Below, piece after piece: positions 17,901 through 26,756 of a stretch of 45,745 nt of DNA. Position numbers and translations under genes: made by a program. The notes below the pieces were generated by a model. It did no database searches, had not been told where the DNA came from, and was given only the letters and a program-made list of their open reading frames with translations. The first letter of the stretch is position 1. Each line of letters starts with the position of its first letter. Source of the stretch: an uncultured Eubacteriales bacterium (GTDB taxonomy: Bacteria; Bacillota; Clostridia; Oscillospirales; CAG-272); the NCBI GenBank assembly GCA_902462015.1, contig CABPZV010000002.1:1-45745 (forward strand). The letters run 5' to 3'.

Positions 17901-18611
17901 ATGGAAAAGAAAGAACTGCTTTATGAAGGTAAAGCAAAAAAAGTTTTTGCTACTGACGATTGCGAGGTATTGCTTGTATCATATAAGGATGACGCTACCG
18001 CGTTTAACGGCCTAAAAAAGGGTACCATCGGAGGAAAGGGAGCGATAAACAACCGTGTTACAAACTACATGATGCAGCTTCTTGAAAATGAAGGAGTTCC
18101 TACGCATTTTGTAAAGGAGCTTTCTCCCCGTGAAACTCTCGTAAAAAAAGTTACTATAGTTCCTCTTGAGGTAATTATCCGTAACATTTCTGCCGGTTCG
18201 TTTGCAAAGCGGTACGGTGTGGAAGAGGGCATTGTATTTTCAGAACCGACGATTGAGTTTTCCTACAAAAATGATGAGCTTGGAGATCCCCTTATCAACG
18301 ATTATCATGCAATTGCACTTGGCCTTGCAACCAAAGAGGAAATAGAAACAATTAAAAATATTGCCTTCAGGGTCAACGATGTAATGAAAAAGTTTTTTAA
18401 AGAAATTAAGGTTGATCTTGTTGACTTTAAGCTTGAGTTCGGAAAACTCAGTGACGGAACCATTGTTCTCGCAGATGAAATTTCCCCGGATACCTGCCGT
18501 TTTTGGGACAGCGATACTCACGAAAAGCTGGACAAAGACCGTTTCCGCAGGGATCTCGGAAATGTTGAGGATGCGTACAAAGAAATGATGAAACGCATTC
18601 TCGGCGAATAA
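17901..18611 (+). CDS. purC: SAICAR synthase
   Basis: 236 aa. [10 protein letters not shown]..., [26 protein letters not shown] motifs. Confidence 0.9.
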   Translation: MEKKELLYEGKAKKVFATDDCEVLLVSYKDDATAFNGLKKGTIGGKGAINNRVTNYMMQLLENEGVPTHFVKELSPRETLVKKVTIVPLEVIIRNISAGSFAKRYGVEEGIVFSEPTIEFSYKNDELGDPLINDYHAIALGLATKEEIETIKNIAFRVNDVMKKFFKEIKVDLVDFKLEFGKLSDGTIVLADEISPDTCRFWDSDTHEKLDKDRFRRDLGNVEDAYKEMMKRILGE

Positions 18612-18627
18612 TCGGAGGTCGCATACA

Positions 18628-20052
18628 ATGGGGGGATTTTTTGGCGCAGCTGCAAGACACGATATTCTTTCAGATGTTTTTTTCGGAACAGATTACCATT
18701 CACATTTGGGAACCCGCAGCGGCGGACTTGCAGCATATGCTGCGGACGCCGGGCTTCAGCGTGTCATTCACAATATAGAAAACTCGCCGTTCCGAACAAA
18801 ATTTGAGCATATATTTGAACAGATGCACGGAACGTCGGCTATCGGATGTATAAACGATACTGATCCGCAGCCGCTTCTGATCCGTTCAAATCTTGGAACG
18901 TACGCTATTTGCATAATAGGAGTTATCAACAACTCCGAACAGCTTTTGAAGCAATATCTGTCCTTCAGCGGCGGTCATTTCGGCGCCATGACCGGCGGCA
19001 AAGTAAATTCAACAGAGCTCGTCGCGGCACTAATTAATCAGAAAACAAATTTTGCGGATGGAATTCGTTTTGCACAGGATGAAATTGACGGCACTGCATC
19101 AATTCTGATTCTTAAGGATGACGGCAAAATTATTGCGGCACGCGACAAACTTGGCAGACTTCCGGTGGCACTTGCCGGAAATGATGAAGGATACTGCGTT
19201 TCATTTGAGACTTTTGCATATGAAAAACTCGGATATTCTCCGATTCGGGAACTTGGTCCCGGAGAAATAATAGAGATGGACGAAGAAAAAATCAGAGTTC
19301 TTGAAGCACCTCACAAAGAGATGAGGATCTGCTCTTTTCTATGGACATATTACGGCTATCCGACATCAAGCTATGAGGGAGTCAATGTAGAAACAATGCG
19401 GTACCGGAACGGGGCTGAAATGGCAAAGAACGATGAAGAATGCGGTACACTGCCTCAGCTTGACTATGTCGGCGGCGTACCGGATTCCGGAACACCACAC
19501 GCTATAGGGTATGCAAATCACAGTCATATACCATTTGCCCGTCCATTTATAAAATACACTCCGACCTGGCCGCGCAGCTTCATGCCGGTTAGTCAGACAG
19601 AACGCAGCCGTGTTGCAAAAATGAAACAGATCCCAGTTTGCGAGCTCATAAAGGGCAAGAATCTGCTGTTTGTTGACGACTCAATTGTCAGAGGAACTCA
19701 GCTTCGTGAGACAGTAGAATTCCTTTATGAAAACGGTGCAAGCTCAGTACATATGAGATCGGCCTGCCCTCCTATTATGTATGGCTGCAAATATCTGAAT
19801 TTTTCCAGATCAACAAGCGACATGGAGCTTATCACACGTTCTACAATCGTGGAACTTGAGGGCGAAGAAGGTCTAAAACATCTTGATGAGTACAGTGATC
19901 CGCAGTCGGAGCGCGGAAAATCAATGAGAAAGGCTATATGTGAAAAGCTGCATTTTGCTTCGCTTGAGTTTCAAACAATTGAAGGACTTTGCCAGGCAAT
20001 CGGCATTGAACCGTGCAAGCTTTGTACCTATTGCTGGACAGGAAAAGAATAG
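18628..20052 (+). CDS. purF: amidophosphoribosyltransferase-like protein (PurF family, lacks the N-terminal Cys nucleophile)
   Basis: 474 aa. PRTase motif LLFVDDSIVRGTQ and a class-II GATase-like N-half. The N-terminus is MGGFFG where canonical PurF has (M)CG(I/V)xG. RBS GGAGG lies 7 nt upstream of the ATG. Confidence 0.75.
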   Translation: MGGFFGAAARHDILSDVFFGTDYHSHLGTRSGGLAAYAADAGLQRVIHNIENSPFRTKFEHIFEQMHGTSAIGCINDTDPQPLLIRSNLGTYAICIIGVINNSEQLLKQYLSFSGGHFGAMTGGKVNSTELVAALINQKTNFADGIRFAQDEIDGTASILILKDDGKIIAARDKLGRLPVALAGNDEGYCVSFETFAYEKLGYSPIRELGPGEIIEMDEEKIRVLEAPHKEMRICSFLWTYYGYPTSSYEGVNVETMRYRNGAEMAKNDEECGTLPQLDYVGGVPDSGTPHAIGYANHSHIPFARPFIKYTPTWPRSFMPVSQTERSRVAKMKQIPVCELIKGKNLLFVDDSIVRGTQLRETVEFLYENGASSVHMRSACPPIMYGCKYLNFSRSTSDMELITRSTIVELEGEEGLKHLDEYSDPQSERGKSMRKAICEKLHFASLEFQTIEGLCQAIGIEPCKLCTYCWTGKE

Positions 20053-20103
20053 TCATAACCGGACACTTAAATCAGCAGTAATACTGAAAGGAACAATAGA
20101 TAT

Positions 20104-21147
20104 ATGAATGAAATTTCAAAATCGGACAGCTACGCCGCCGCGGGAGTAGATATTACCGCCGGATACAAGGCTGTTGAGCTTATGAAAAAGCATATTGCAC
20201 GAACAATCACGGACGGAGTTTGTTCAGATGTAGGAGGTTTCGGAGGACTATTTGAGCTTGACCTCACAGGAATTGCAAAACCGATTCTCGTAAGCGGTAC
20301 AGACGGAGTTGGAACAAAGCTAAAAATCGCATTTCTTATGGATAAGCACGATTCTGTTGGAATTGACTGCGTTGCAATGTGCGTAAACGATATCATCTGC
20401 TGCGGAGCAAAGCCTCTGTTTTTCCTTGATTACATAGCTTGCGGAAAGAACATTCCAGAGAGAATTGCCGACATTGTAAAAGGCGTCTGTGAAGGCTGCG
20501 TACAGGCCGGAGCAGCACTTATTGGAGGGGAAACAGCTGAAATGCCCGGCTTTTATCCTGCCGATGAATACGACCTTGCCGGATATTGTACCGGCGTAGT
20601 CGACAAAGATAAGATTATTGATAACCGCACTATAAAAAGCGGAGATGTAATAATTGCGCTCCCCTCAAGCGGAGTTCATTCCAATGGTTTTTCTCTTGTA
20701 CGAAAGGTTTTTGACGTTGAAAACAGCGATATAAAAAAGCCGGTTGATGCTCTCTGCGGGAAATCGGTTGGAGAAACGCTTCTTACTCCAACGAAAATCT
20801 ATGTAAAAGCGGTTCTTGCCCTGCTTGAACACATAAAGATAAAAGGCATTTCCCATATCACCGGAGGCGGTTTTTACGAAAACATACCCCGAAGTATTCC
20901 TGACGGTCTGAGTGCCGAAATCGAAAGAAAATCGGTTAGAGTACTTCCGATTTTTGATCTTATCGCATCGAAGGGCAAAATAAGCGAACGAGATATGTTC
21001 AACACCTTTAATATGGGCGTAGGTATGAGTATTACCGTTTCCGCCGAAGATGCGGACAAAGCTTTGTCATTGCTCAGGTCATACGGTGAAGACGCTTATA
21101 TTATCGGTGAAATCGGAATATCCCCCGACAAAATTTCAATAAGATAA
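20104..21147 (+). CDS. purM: phosphoribosylformylglycinamidine cyclo-ligase (AIR synthase)
   Basis: 347 aa. [34 protein letters not shown] motifs. Confidence 0.95.
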   Translation: MNEISKSDSYAAAGVDITAGYKAVELMKKHIARTITDGVCSDVGGFGGLFELDLTGIAKPILVSGTDGVGTKLKIAFLMDKHDSVGIDCVAMCVNDIICCGAKPLFFLDYIACGKNIPERIADIVKGVCEGCVQAGAALIGGETAEMPGFYPADEYDLAGYCTGVVDKDKIIDNRTIKSGDVIIALPSSGVHSNGFSLVRKVFDVENSDIKKPVDALCGKSVGETLLTPTKIYVKAVLALLEHIKIKGISHITGGGFYENIPRSIPDGLSAEIERKSVRVLPIFDLIASKGKISERDMFNTFNMGVGMSITVSAEDADKALSLLRSYGEDAYIIGEIGISPDKISIR

Positions 21148-21338
21148 AAATTATGCATGCGGATATAATCTGCAGCTGCCGGCAGCGCTGATACTTTAAT
21201 GACGTATTGAGACAGGAAATTAAATAAAATATGACAGTATGGTGGCTGAGATTTCTGTGACATGTGTTAAACAAACAGATATTCCGAACGCTGAGAGCAC
21301 ATATTGCCGTTTAGGAACAGAAAGGAAAGATTGTATAA

Positions 21339-21950
21339 GTGGGGAAAAAAATAAAACTTGCCGTTTTTGTTTCCGGCGGCGGAACAAATCTTCAGGCTTT
21401 AATCAACGCTCAGAAAAACGGAATCATTTCAAACGGAGAAATAAAGCTTGTAGTATCAAGCAATCCCGACGCATATGCGCTGGTCCGCGCTGAGAAGGCC
21501 AAAATAGCTACAGCCGTTGTTGAAAAAAAACTTTGCGGAACACAGAAAGAGTTTGAAAGTAGATTGTCGGAAGAACTTAATAAAAACGGTATAGAGCTTA
21601 TAGTTTTGGCCGGTTTTATGTGTATTTTAAGCGAAAACTTTACGCGGCTTTATGACCGCCGGATTATCAATATACACCCTTCTCTTATACCCTCTTTCTG
21701 CGGCAAAGGTTTCTATGGAATTCGTGTTCATCAGGCCGCGCTGGATAAGGGAGTAAAGGTAACAGGAGCTACGGTACATTTTGTCAATGAAATTCCTGAT
21801 GGCGGCGAAATAATAATGCAGAAAGCAGTTTCCGTACGCGATGGAGATACTCCGGAGATTTTGCAGAAAAGGGTTATGAGACTTGCAGAGTGGAAAATTC
21901 TCCCCGCTGCGGTAGAAAAAGTTTGTACGGAAATGAGAGAAAACAGTTAG
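21339..21950 (+). CDS. purN: phosphoribosylglycinamide formyltransferase
   Basis: 203 aa, GTG start. LAVFVSGGGTNLQALI, INIHPSLIP, GATVHFV motifs. Confidence 0.85.
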   Translation: MGKKIKLAVFVSGGGTNLQALINAQKNGIISNGEIKLVVSSNPDAYALVRAEKAKIATAVVEKKLCGTQKEFESRLSEELNKNGIELIVLAGFMCILSENFTRLYDRRIINIHPSLIPSFCGKGFYGIRVHQAALDKGVKVTGATVHFVNEIPDGGEIIMQKAVSVRDGDTPEILQKRVMRLAEWKILPAAVEKVCTEMRENS

Positions 21951-22065
21951 ATAAAAACAGCTTTGTCAGAAGAATTATTTAAAGTTTTGCTTTTACGGCT
22001 GCAATTCTGTTTTTTAAAAACAATAAAGTAAACTTTATTATCAGAATAAGAAAGGGATATTTTGT

Positions 22066-22785
22066 ATGAATATCTATAAAATTAACGATGCTGCAGAGCT
22101 TATTAAGGGTAACTCATATGTAGGGCGCGGTATCATTATAGGAAAAACAGCAAACGGAAAAAATGCATGCAGTGCGTATTTTATTATGGGAAGAAGTGCC
22201 AACAGCAGAAACCGCATTTTTACAGTACGGGACGGCGATGTCTATACAGAACCGTTTGACGCATCAAAGGTAGAGAATCCCAGCCTGATTATATATGCCG
22301 CAATCCGCAGGCTTGGCAACAAACTGATTGTAACAAACGGCGATCAGACAGATACTATATACAACGCATTAAAAAACGGCGGTAATTTTGCCGGAGCGCT
22401 GATGACAAGAGAGTTTGAACCGGATAAGCCAAATTTTACACCGAGAATCAGCGGAATTCTCACCTTTGCAGAAGGAGACTTTAACTATGACATGAGTATT
22501 CTAAAGAGTCTTGACAGCGACGGAACCGCATGCTGCAGGTACACTTTCGCTTATCCTTCGGTTTCAGGTCTCGGGCATTTTATTCATACATACGTCTGCG
22601 ACGGAAATCCTATACCCACCTTTCAGGGAGAGCCCGAACGTGTGATGATTCCGAACGATATCGATCATTTTGCAGACTCTCTCTGGAATTCTCTTGACGG
22701 CGACAACAGGATTTCCCTCTATGTAAGATATACTGATTTAAAAACAGGGGCGGAAGAAAACCGCCTGATCAATAAAAATAAATGA
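22066..22785 (+). CDS. purO: IMP cyclohydrolase, archaeal PurO-like family
   Basis: 239 aa. YVGRGIIIGKTANGK..AYFIMGRSANSRNRIF resembles the PurO N-terminal signature (Y.GR...G....Y.+.RS..NR). It lies immediately upstream of an AICARFT-only purH. Confidence 0.7.
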   Translation: MNIYKINDAAELIKGNSYVGRGIIIGKTANGKNACSAYFIMGRSANSRNRIFTVRDGDVYTEPFDASKVENPSLIIYAAIRRLGNKLIVTNGDQTDTIYNALKNGGNFAGALMTREFEPDKPNFTPRISGILTFAEGDFNYDMSILKSLDSDGTACCRYTFAYPSVSGLGHFIHTYVCDGNPIPTFQGEPERVMIPNDIDHFADSLWNSLDGDNRISLYVRYTDLKTGAEENRLINKNK

Positions 22786-22872
22786 CTATATTTATGATTA
22801 ATCAGCGGTATTCAGCCGCAATCAGCTTCAGTGTCTGTTCTAATAAATATTGAAAGGAATGGTCAAACATAA

Positions 22873-24057
22873 ATGAAAGAGTTTGAACTAAAGTACGGAT
22901 GTAATCCAAATCAAAAGCCTGCAAGAATTTTTATGGACGGTGAAGAAGATCTGCCAATTGAAATTCTTTGCGGCAAACCCGGATATATCAATTTTCTTGA
23001 CGCCTTCAACAGCTGGCAGCTTGTTAAAGAGCTGAAAGAAGCTCTTGGTCTTCCTGCCGCGACGTCCTTCAAACACGTGAGCCCGACTTCTGCTGCTATA
23101 GGAATTCCCCTTTCCAACAAGCTGAAAAGAGCTTGTTTTGCAGATGACATAGAAGGTCTCGATGAATCTCCCTTAGCTTGTGCCTATGCAAGAGCAAGAG
23201 GAACCGACCGTATGTGTTCTTTTGGCGACTGGGTAGCTCTTTCGGATGTTTGCGATGTTACAACGGCAAAAATGATAAAGCGCGAGGTTTCTGACGGAGT
23301 AATTGCGCCCGGATATGAACCGGAGGCTTTGGAAATTTTAAAATCCAAAAGAAAAGGCAATTATAATATTGTTAAAATAGATGCAGATTATATCCCTGCG
23401 GAGACTGAGCTCAAACAGGTTTTCGGAATTACATTCGAGCAAGGTCGGAACAATTTTAGAATTAATAAAGAGCTTCTCTCAAATGTTGTCACCAAAAATA
23501 AGGAAATCCCGGAAAGCGCTATACGGGATCTCATCATATCCCTTATAACGTTGAAATATACTCAGTCCAATTCGGTTTGCTTCGCGGTCGACGGCCAGGC
23601 AATCGGCGTAGGTGCAGGTCAGCAGTCAAGAATTCATTGCACCCGTCTTGCCGGCTCAAAAGCTGACACATGGTTTCTGCGTCAGCATGAAAAGGTTCTT
23701 TCGCTTCCTTTTAAGGATACTCTTGGAAGACCCGACCGTGACAATGTTATAGACGGCTATATAAACAAAAACGAAGAGGACGTCTGCGCAGACGGAAACT
23801 GGCAGAAATATTTTACACGGCAGCCTGCCCCTCTTACAGATAATGAAATAAGAGAATATTTGTCAGGCGTAGACGGTGTAGCCCTGGGATCCGACGCTTT
23901 CTTCCCGTTTGGGGACAACATAGAGAGAGCAAAACGGAGCGGTGTAAAATACATAGCGGAACCGGGCGGCTCGATTCGTGACGACCTTGTAATTGAATGC
24001 TGTGATAAGTATGGAATAGCAATGGCATTTACCGGAATGCGGTTATTCCACCATTGA
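22873..24057 (+). CDS. purH: AICAR formyltransferase (PurH AICARFT domain only, no MGS-type IMP cyclohydrolase domain)
   Basis: 394 aa. Starts directly at LKYGCNPNQKPA; contains SFKHVSP, GAGQQSRI, IAEPGGSIRD, FTGMRLFHH. Confidence 0.85.
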   Translation: MKEFELKYGCNPNQKPARIFMDGEEDLPIEILCGKPGYINFLDAFNSWQLVKELKEALGLPAATSFKHVSPTSAAIGIPLSNKLKRACFADDIEGLDESPLACAYARARGTDRMCSFGDWVALSDVCDVTTAKMIKREVSDGVIAPGYEPEALEILKSKRKGNYNIVKIDADYIPAETELKQVFGITFEQGRNNFRINKELLSNVVTKNKEIPESAIRDLIISLITLKYTQSNSVCFAVDGQAIGVGAGQQSRIHCTRLAGSKADTWFLRQHEKVLSLPFKDTLGRPDRDNVIDGYINKNEEDVCADGNWQKYFTRQPAPLTDNEIREYLSGVDGVALGSDAFFPFGDNIERAKRSGVKYIAEPGGSIRDDLVIECCDKYGIAMAFTGMRLFHH

Positions 24058-24088
24058 TTGTTAACATAAATTGTTAGGAGGATTTAAA

Positions 24089-25327
24089 ATGAACTTTTTT
24101 GACGAGCTTCAAAATTATGACGCTGCAGTAGCAGATGCATGCAGACTTGAGCTTGAAAGGCAACAGCATAACATAGAGCTTATAGCTTCTGAAAATATCG
24201 TATCAAAGGCAGTTTTGCTTGCTGCCGGTGGAGTTCTAACTAATAAGTATGCAGAGGGTTATCCTTCAAAACGTTATTACGGAGGCTGTCAGTGCGTTGA
24301 TATTGTCGAGGAAATAGCAAGAGACCGTGCTAAAAAGCTCTTCGGGGCAGATCATGCCAATGTTCAGCCGCACAGCGGAGCCAATGCAAATCTCGCGGTC
24401 TTTTTCGCCCTTTTGAACCCCGGAGATACAATTATGGGAATGAACCTTCAGCAGGGCGGCCATCTTTCACACGGCTCGCCGGTCAATATATCCGGAAAGT
24501 ATTTTCACGTTGTTCCTTACGGAGTAAATGACGAGACCGAAATGATTGATTATGACGAGATGCGGAAAATTGCGCTTGAATGTAAGCCAAAGATGATTGT
24601 TGTCGGTGCAAGTGCTTATTCCCGTATCATAGATTTCAAGAAATGCCGGGAAATTGCCGATGAGGCTGGGGCTTATCTGATGGTGGATATGGCACATATA
24701 GCAGGCCTTATCGCCGCCGGCGTTCATCCGTCACCCGTCCCATACGCTGATGTTGTAACTACTACAACTCACAAGACACTTCGCGGCCCAAGAGGCGGAA
24801 TGATTCTCTGCAAAGAAGAGTTTGCCAAGCAGATTGATAAGGCTGTATTCCCGGGAACACAGGGCGGTCCGCTTATGCATATAATCGCGTCAAAAGCGGT
24901 TGCTCTCGGAGAGGCCATGACCGAAGAGTTTAAGGAATATCAGCGGCAGATCGTAAAAAATGCGGCCGTTCTTTGCGAAGCTCTTATGGATGAAGGTATT
25001 GACATTGTCTCCGGCGGCACCGACAATCATCTTATGCTTCTCAAGCTCACCGGAACAAATCTTACCGGAAAAGATCTTGAACATTACCTTGACGAAGTTC
25101 ATATCACAGCAAACAAAAATACTATTCCCAATGACCCGCAGAGTCCGTTTGTTACAAGCGGTCTCAGAATTGGAACTCCGGCGGTTACCACACGCGGTTT
25201 TAAGGAACCCGAAATGCTTAAAATTGCAAAGTGGATCAGCGATATAATTTCCGACTTTGAGGGAAATAAAGCGCGTGTATCCGATGAAGTACAGCAGCTC
25301 TGTGCAGGATTTCCTATCTATAATTAA
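24089..25327 (+). CDS. glyA: serine hydroxymethyltransferase
   Basis: ATG at 24089 after RBS AGGAGG (the track ORF starts at an upstream TTG, 24071). Motifs [36 protein letters not shown]. Confidence 0.95.
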   Translation: MNFFDELQNYDAAVADACRLELERQQHNIELIASENIVSKAVLLAAGGVLTNKYAEGYPSKRYYGGCQCVDIVEEIARDRAKKLFGADHANVQPHSGANANLAVFFALLNPGDTIMGMNLQQGGHLSHGSPVNISGKYFHVVPYGVNDETEMIDYDEMRKIALECKPKMIVVGASAYSRIIDFKKCREIADEAGAYLMVDMAHIAGLIAAGVHPSPVPYADVVTTTTHKTLRGPRGGMILCKEEFAKQIDKAVFPGTQGGPLMHIIASKAVALGEAMTEEFKEYQRQIVKNAAVLCEALMDEGIDIVSGGTDNHLMLLKLTGTNLTGKDLEHYLDEVHITANKNTIPNDPQSPFVTSGLRIGTPAVTTRGFKEPEMLKIAKWISDIISDFEGNKARVSDEVQQLCAGFPIYN

Positions 25328-25481
25328 AAGTTAGATTTCCCAGGAAAACATCCTTTCCGAAGAATAGCACATGTGCGGCTGTTCCCCGGAAGGATGTCTT
25401 CTGAACAAATACTGCCCTTGTCGGCACGCAGTGTCTCTTACTGCATATGTAATAATATTGCTCAATCGAAAGAGGTTTTCC

Positions 25482-26756
25482 ATGAAGGTACTTGTTGTTG
25501 GAAGTGGCGGCAGGGAACACGCCATAATAAAAAAAATAAAGGAAAATAAAAAAATCACCCAGATTTTCGCCCTTCCCGGTAACGGGGGAATAGCAAATGA
25601 CGCGGTTTGTATAGATATAGGCGCAAAAGAGATTGACAAAATTGTTGATTTCGCAGTGAGAGAAAAAATCGGTTACGCTGTCGTCGCGCCGGACGATCCG
25701 CTTGTTCTGGGATGTGTAGACGCTCTTGAAGCCAAAGGAATTCCATGTTTCGGACCTGACTCCAAAGCCGCAATTATTGAAGGAAGTAAGGTTTTTTCTA
25801 AAAATCTAATGAAAAAATACGGTATTCCAACTGCTGAGTATGAGGTGTTCGATGACTGTAACCAAGCAATTGAATATCTTGAAACCGCTTCAATGCCAGC
25901 CGTTATTAAGGCCGACGGTCTTGCTCTTGGCAAGGGTGTTATAATCGCGGAAACAAGAGATGCTGCAAAAGCGGCGGTTCTGGATATTATGCAGGCAAAA
26001 AAATTCGGAAGCAGCGGTAATCGTATAGTTATAGAAGAATATCTTACCGGCCCTGAAATTTCAGTATTATCTTTTACTGACGGAAAAACCGTGAAACCAA
26101 TGGTTTCGTCTATGGACCACAAACGCATCGGAGAAAATGATACCGGCCTAAACACCGGAGGTATGGGAACTGTTGCTCCGAATCCGTATTATACTGAGGA
26201 AATTGCGGCAGAATGTATGGAAAAAATATTTCTTCCGACTGTTGCCGCTATGAATGCTGAGGGAAGAACCTTTAAAGGGTGCCTCTACTTCGGTTTAATG
26301 CTTACTAAAAAAGGTCCGATGGTCATTGAATACAACTGCCGTTTCGGAGACCCGGAAACCCAGGTCGTTCTCCCCCTTCTTGAAAGTGATCTCCTGACTG
26401 TTATGCAGGCCGTTACGGAAGAGAGACTTGCTGAAATCGAGGTTAAATTCAGCGAGAAAAATGCATGTTGCGTTATAATGGCATCGGACGGATATCCTCA
26501 GAGCTATAAAAAGGGGTTCGAAATCCACATTCCTGAGGATATCTCGGACAAGGTTTTTATTGCGGGAGCTGCAGAAAAGGATGGAAAACTTATAACGAGT
26601 GGCGGCCGTGTGCTTGGAGCAACTGCGGTTATGCCCACTCTCACAGATGCGGTTGATTCTGCTTACCGTATGGTAAGCAGAATCAACTTTGATGGCGCAT
26701 ATTACCGCAGAGACATCGGAAAAAAAGCTTTAAAAGCTGTGGAGGAAGTACGCTGA
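25482..26756 (+). CDS. purD: phosphoribosylamine-glycine ligase
   Basis: ATG at 25482 (MKVLVVGSGGREHAI) after RBS AAGAGG. The track ORF start at 25371 is a spurious extension. ATP-grasp motifs are present. Confidence 0.95.
   Translation: MKVLVVGSGGREHAIIKKIKENKKITQIFALPGNGGIANDAVCIDIGAKEIDKIVDFAVREKIGYAVVAPDDPLVLGCVDALEAKGIPCFGPDSKAAIIEGSKVFSKNLMKKYGIPTAEYEVFDDCNQAIEYLETASMPAVIKADGLALGKGVIIAETRDAAKAAVLDIMQAKKFGSSGNRIVIEEYLTGPEISVLSFTDGKTVKPMVSSMDHKRIGENDTGLNTGGMGTVAPNPYYTEEIAAECMEKIFLPTVAAMNAEGRTFKGCLYFGLMLTKKGPMVIEYNCRFGDPETQVVLPLLESDLLTVMQAVTEERLAEIEVKFSEKNACCVIMASDGYPQSYKKGFEIHIPEDISDKVFIAGAAEKDGKLITSGGRVLGATAVMPTLTDAVDSAYRMVSRINFDGAYYRRDIGKKALKAVEEVR

Noticed and set aside
21239-21493. 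84-aa ORF in the purM-purN gap
   Set aside because: It overlaps the purN start out of frame, is highly basic and low-complexity, and has no RBS. The 190-nt gap itself remains unexplained. It contains a 12-bp palindrome, GCTGCCGGCAGC, near 21176.
25371-25481. Cys-rich N-terminal extension of purD (MCGCSPEGCLL...)
   Set aside because: The conserved PurD N-terminus MKVLVVGSGGREHA begins at ATG 25482 with its own RBS. The extension covers a structured intergenic region.
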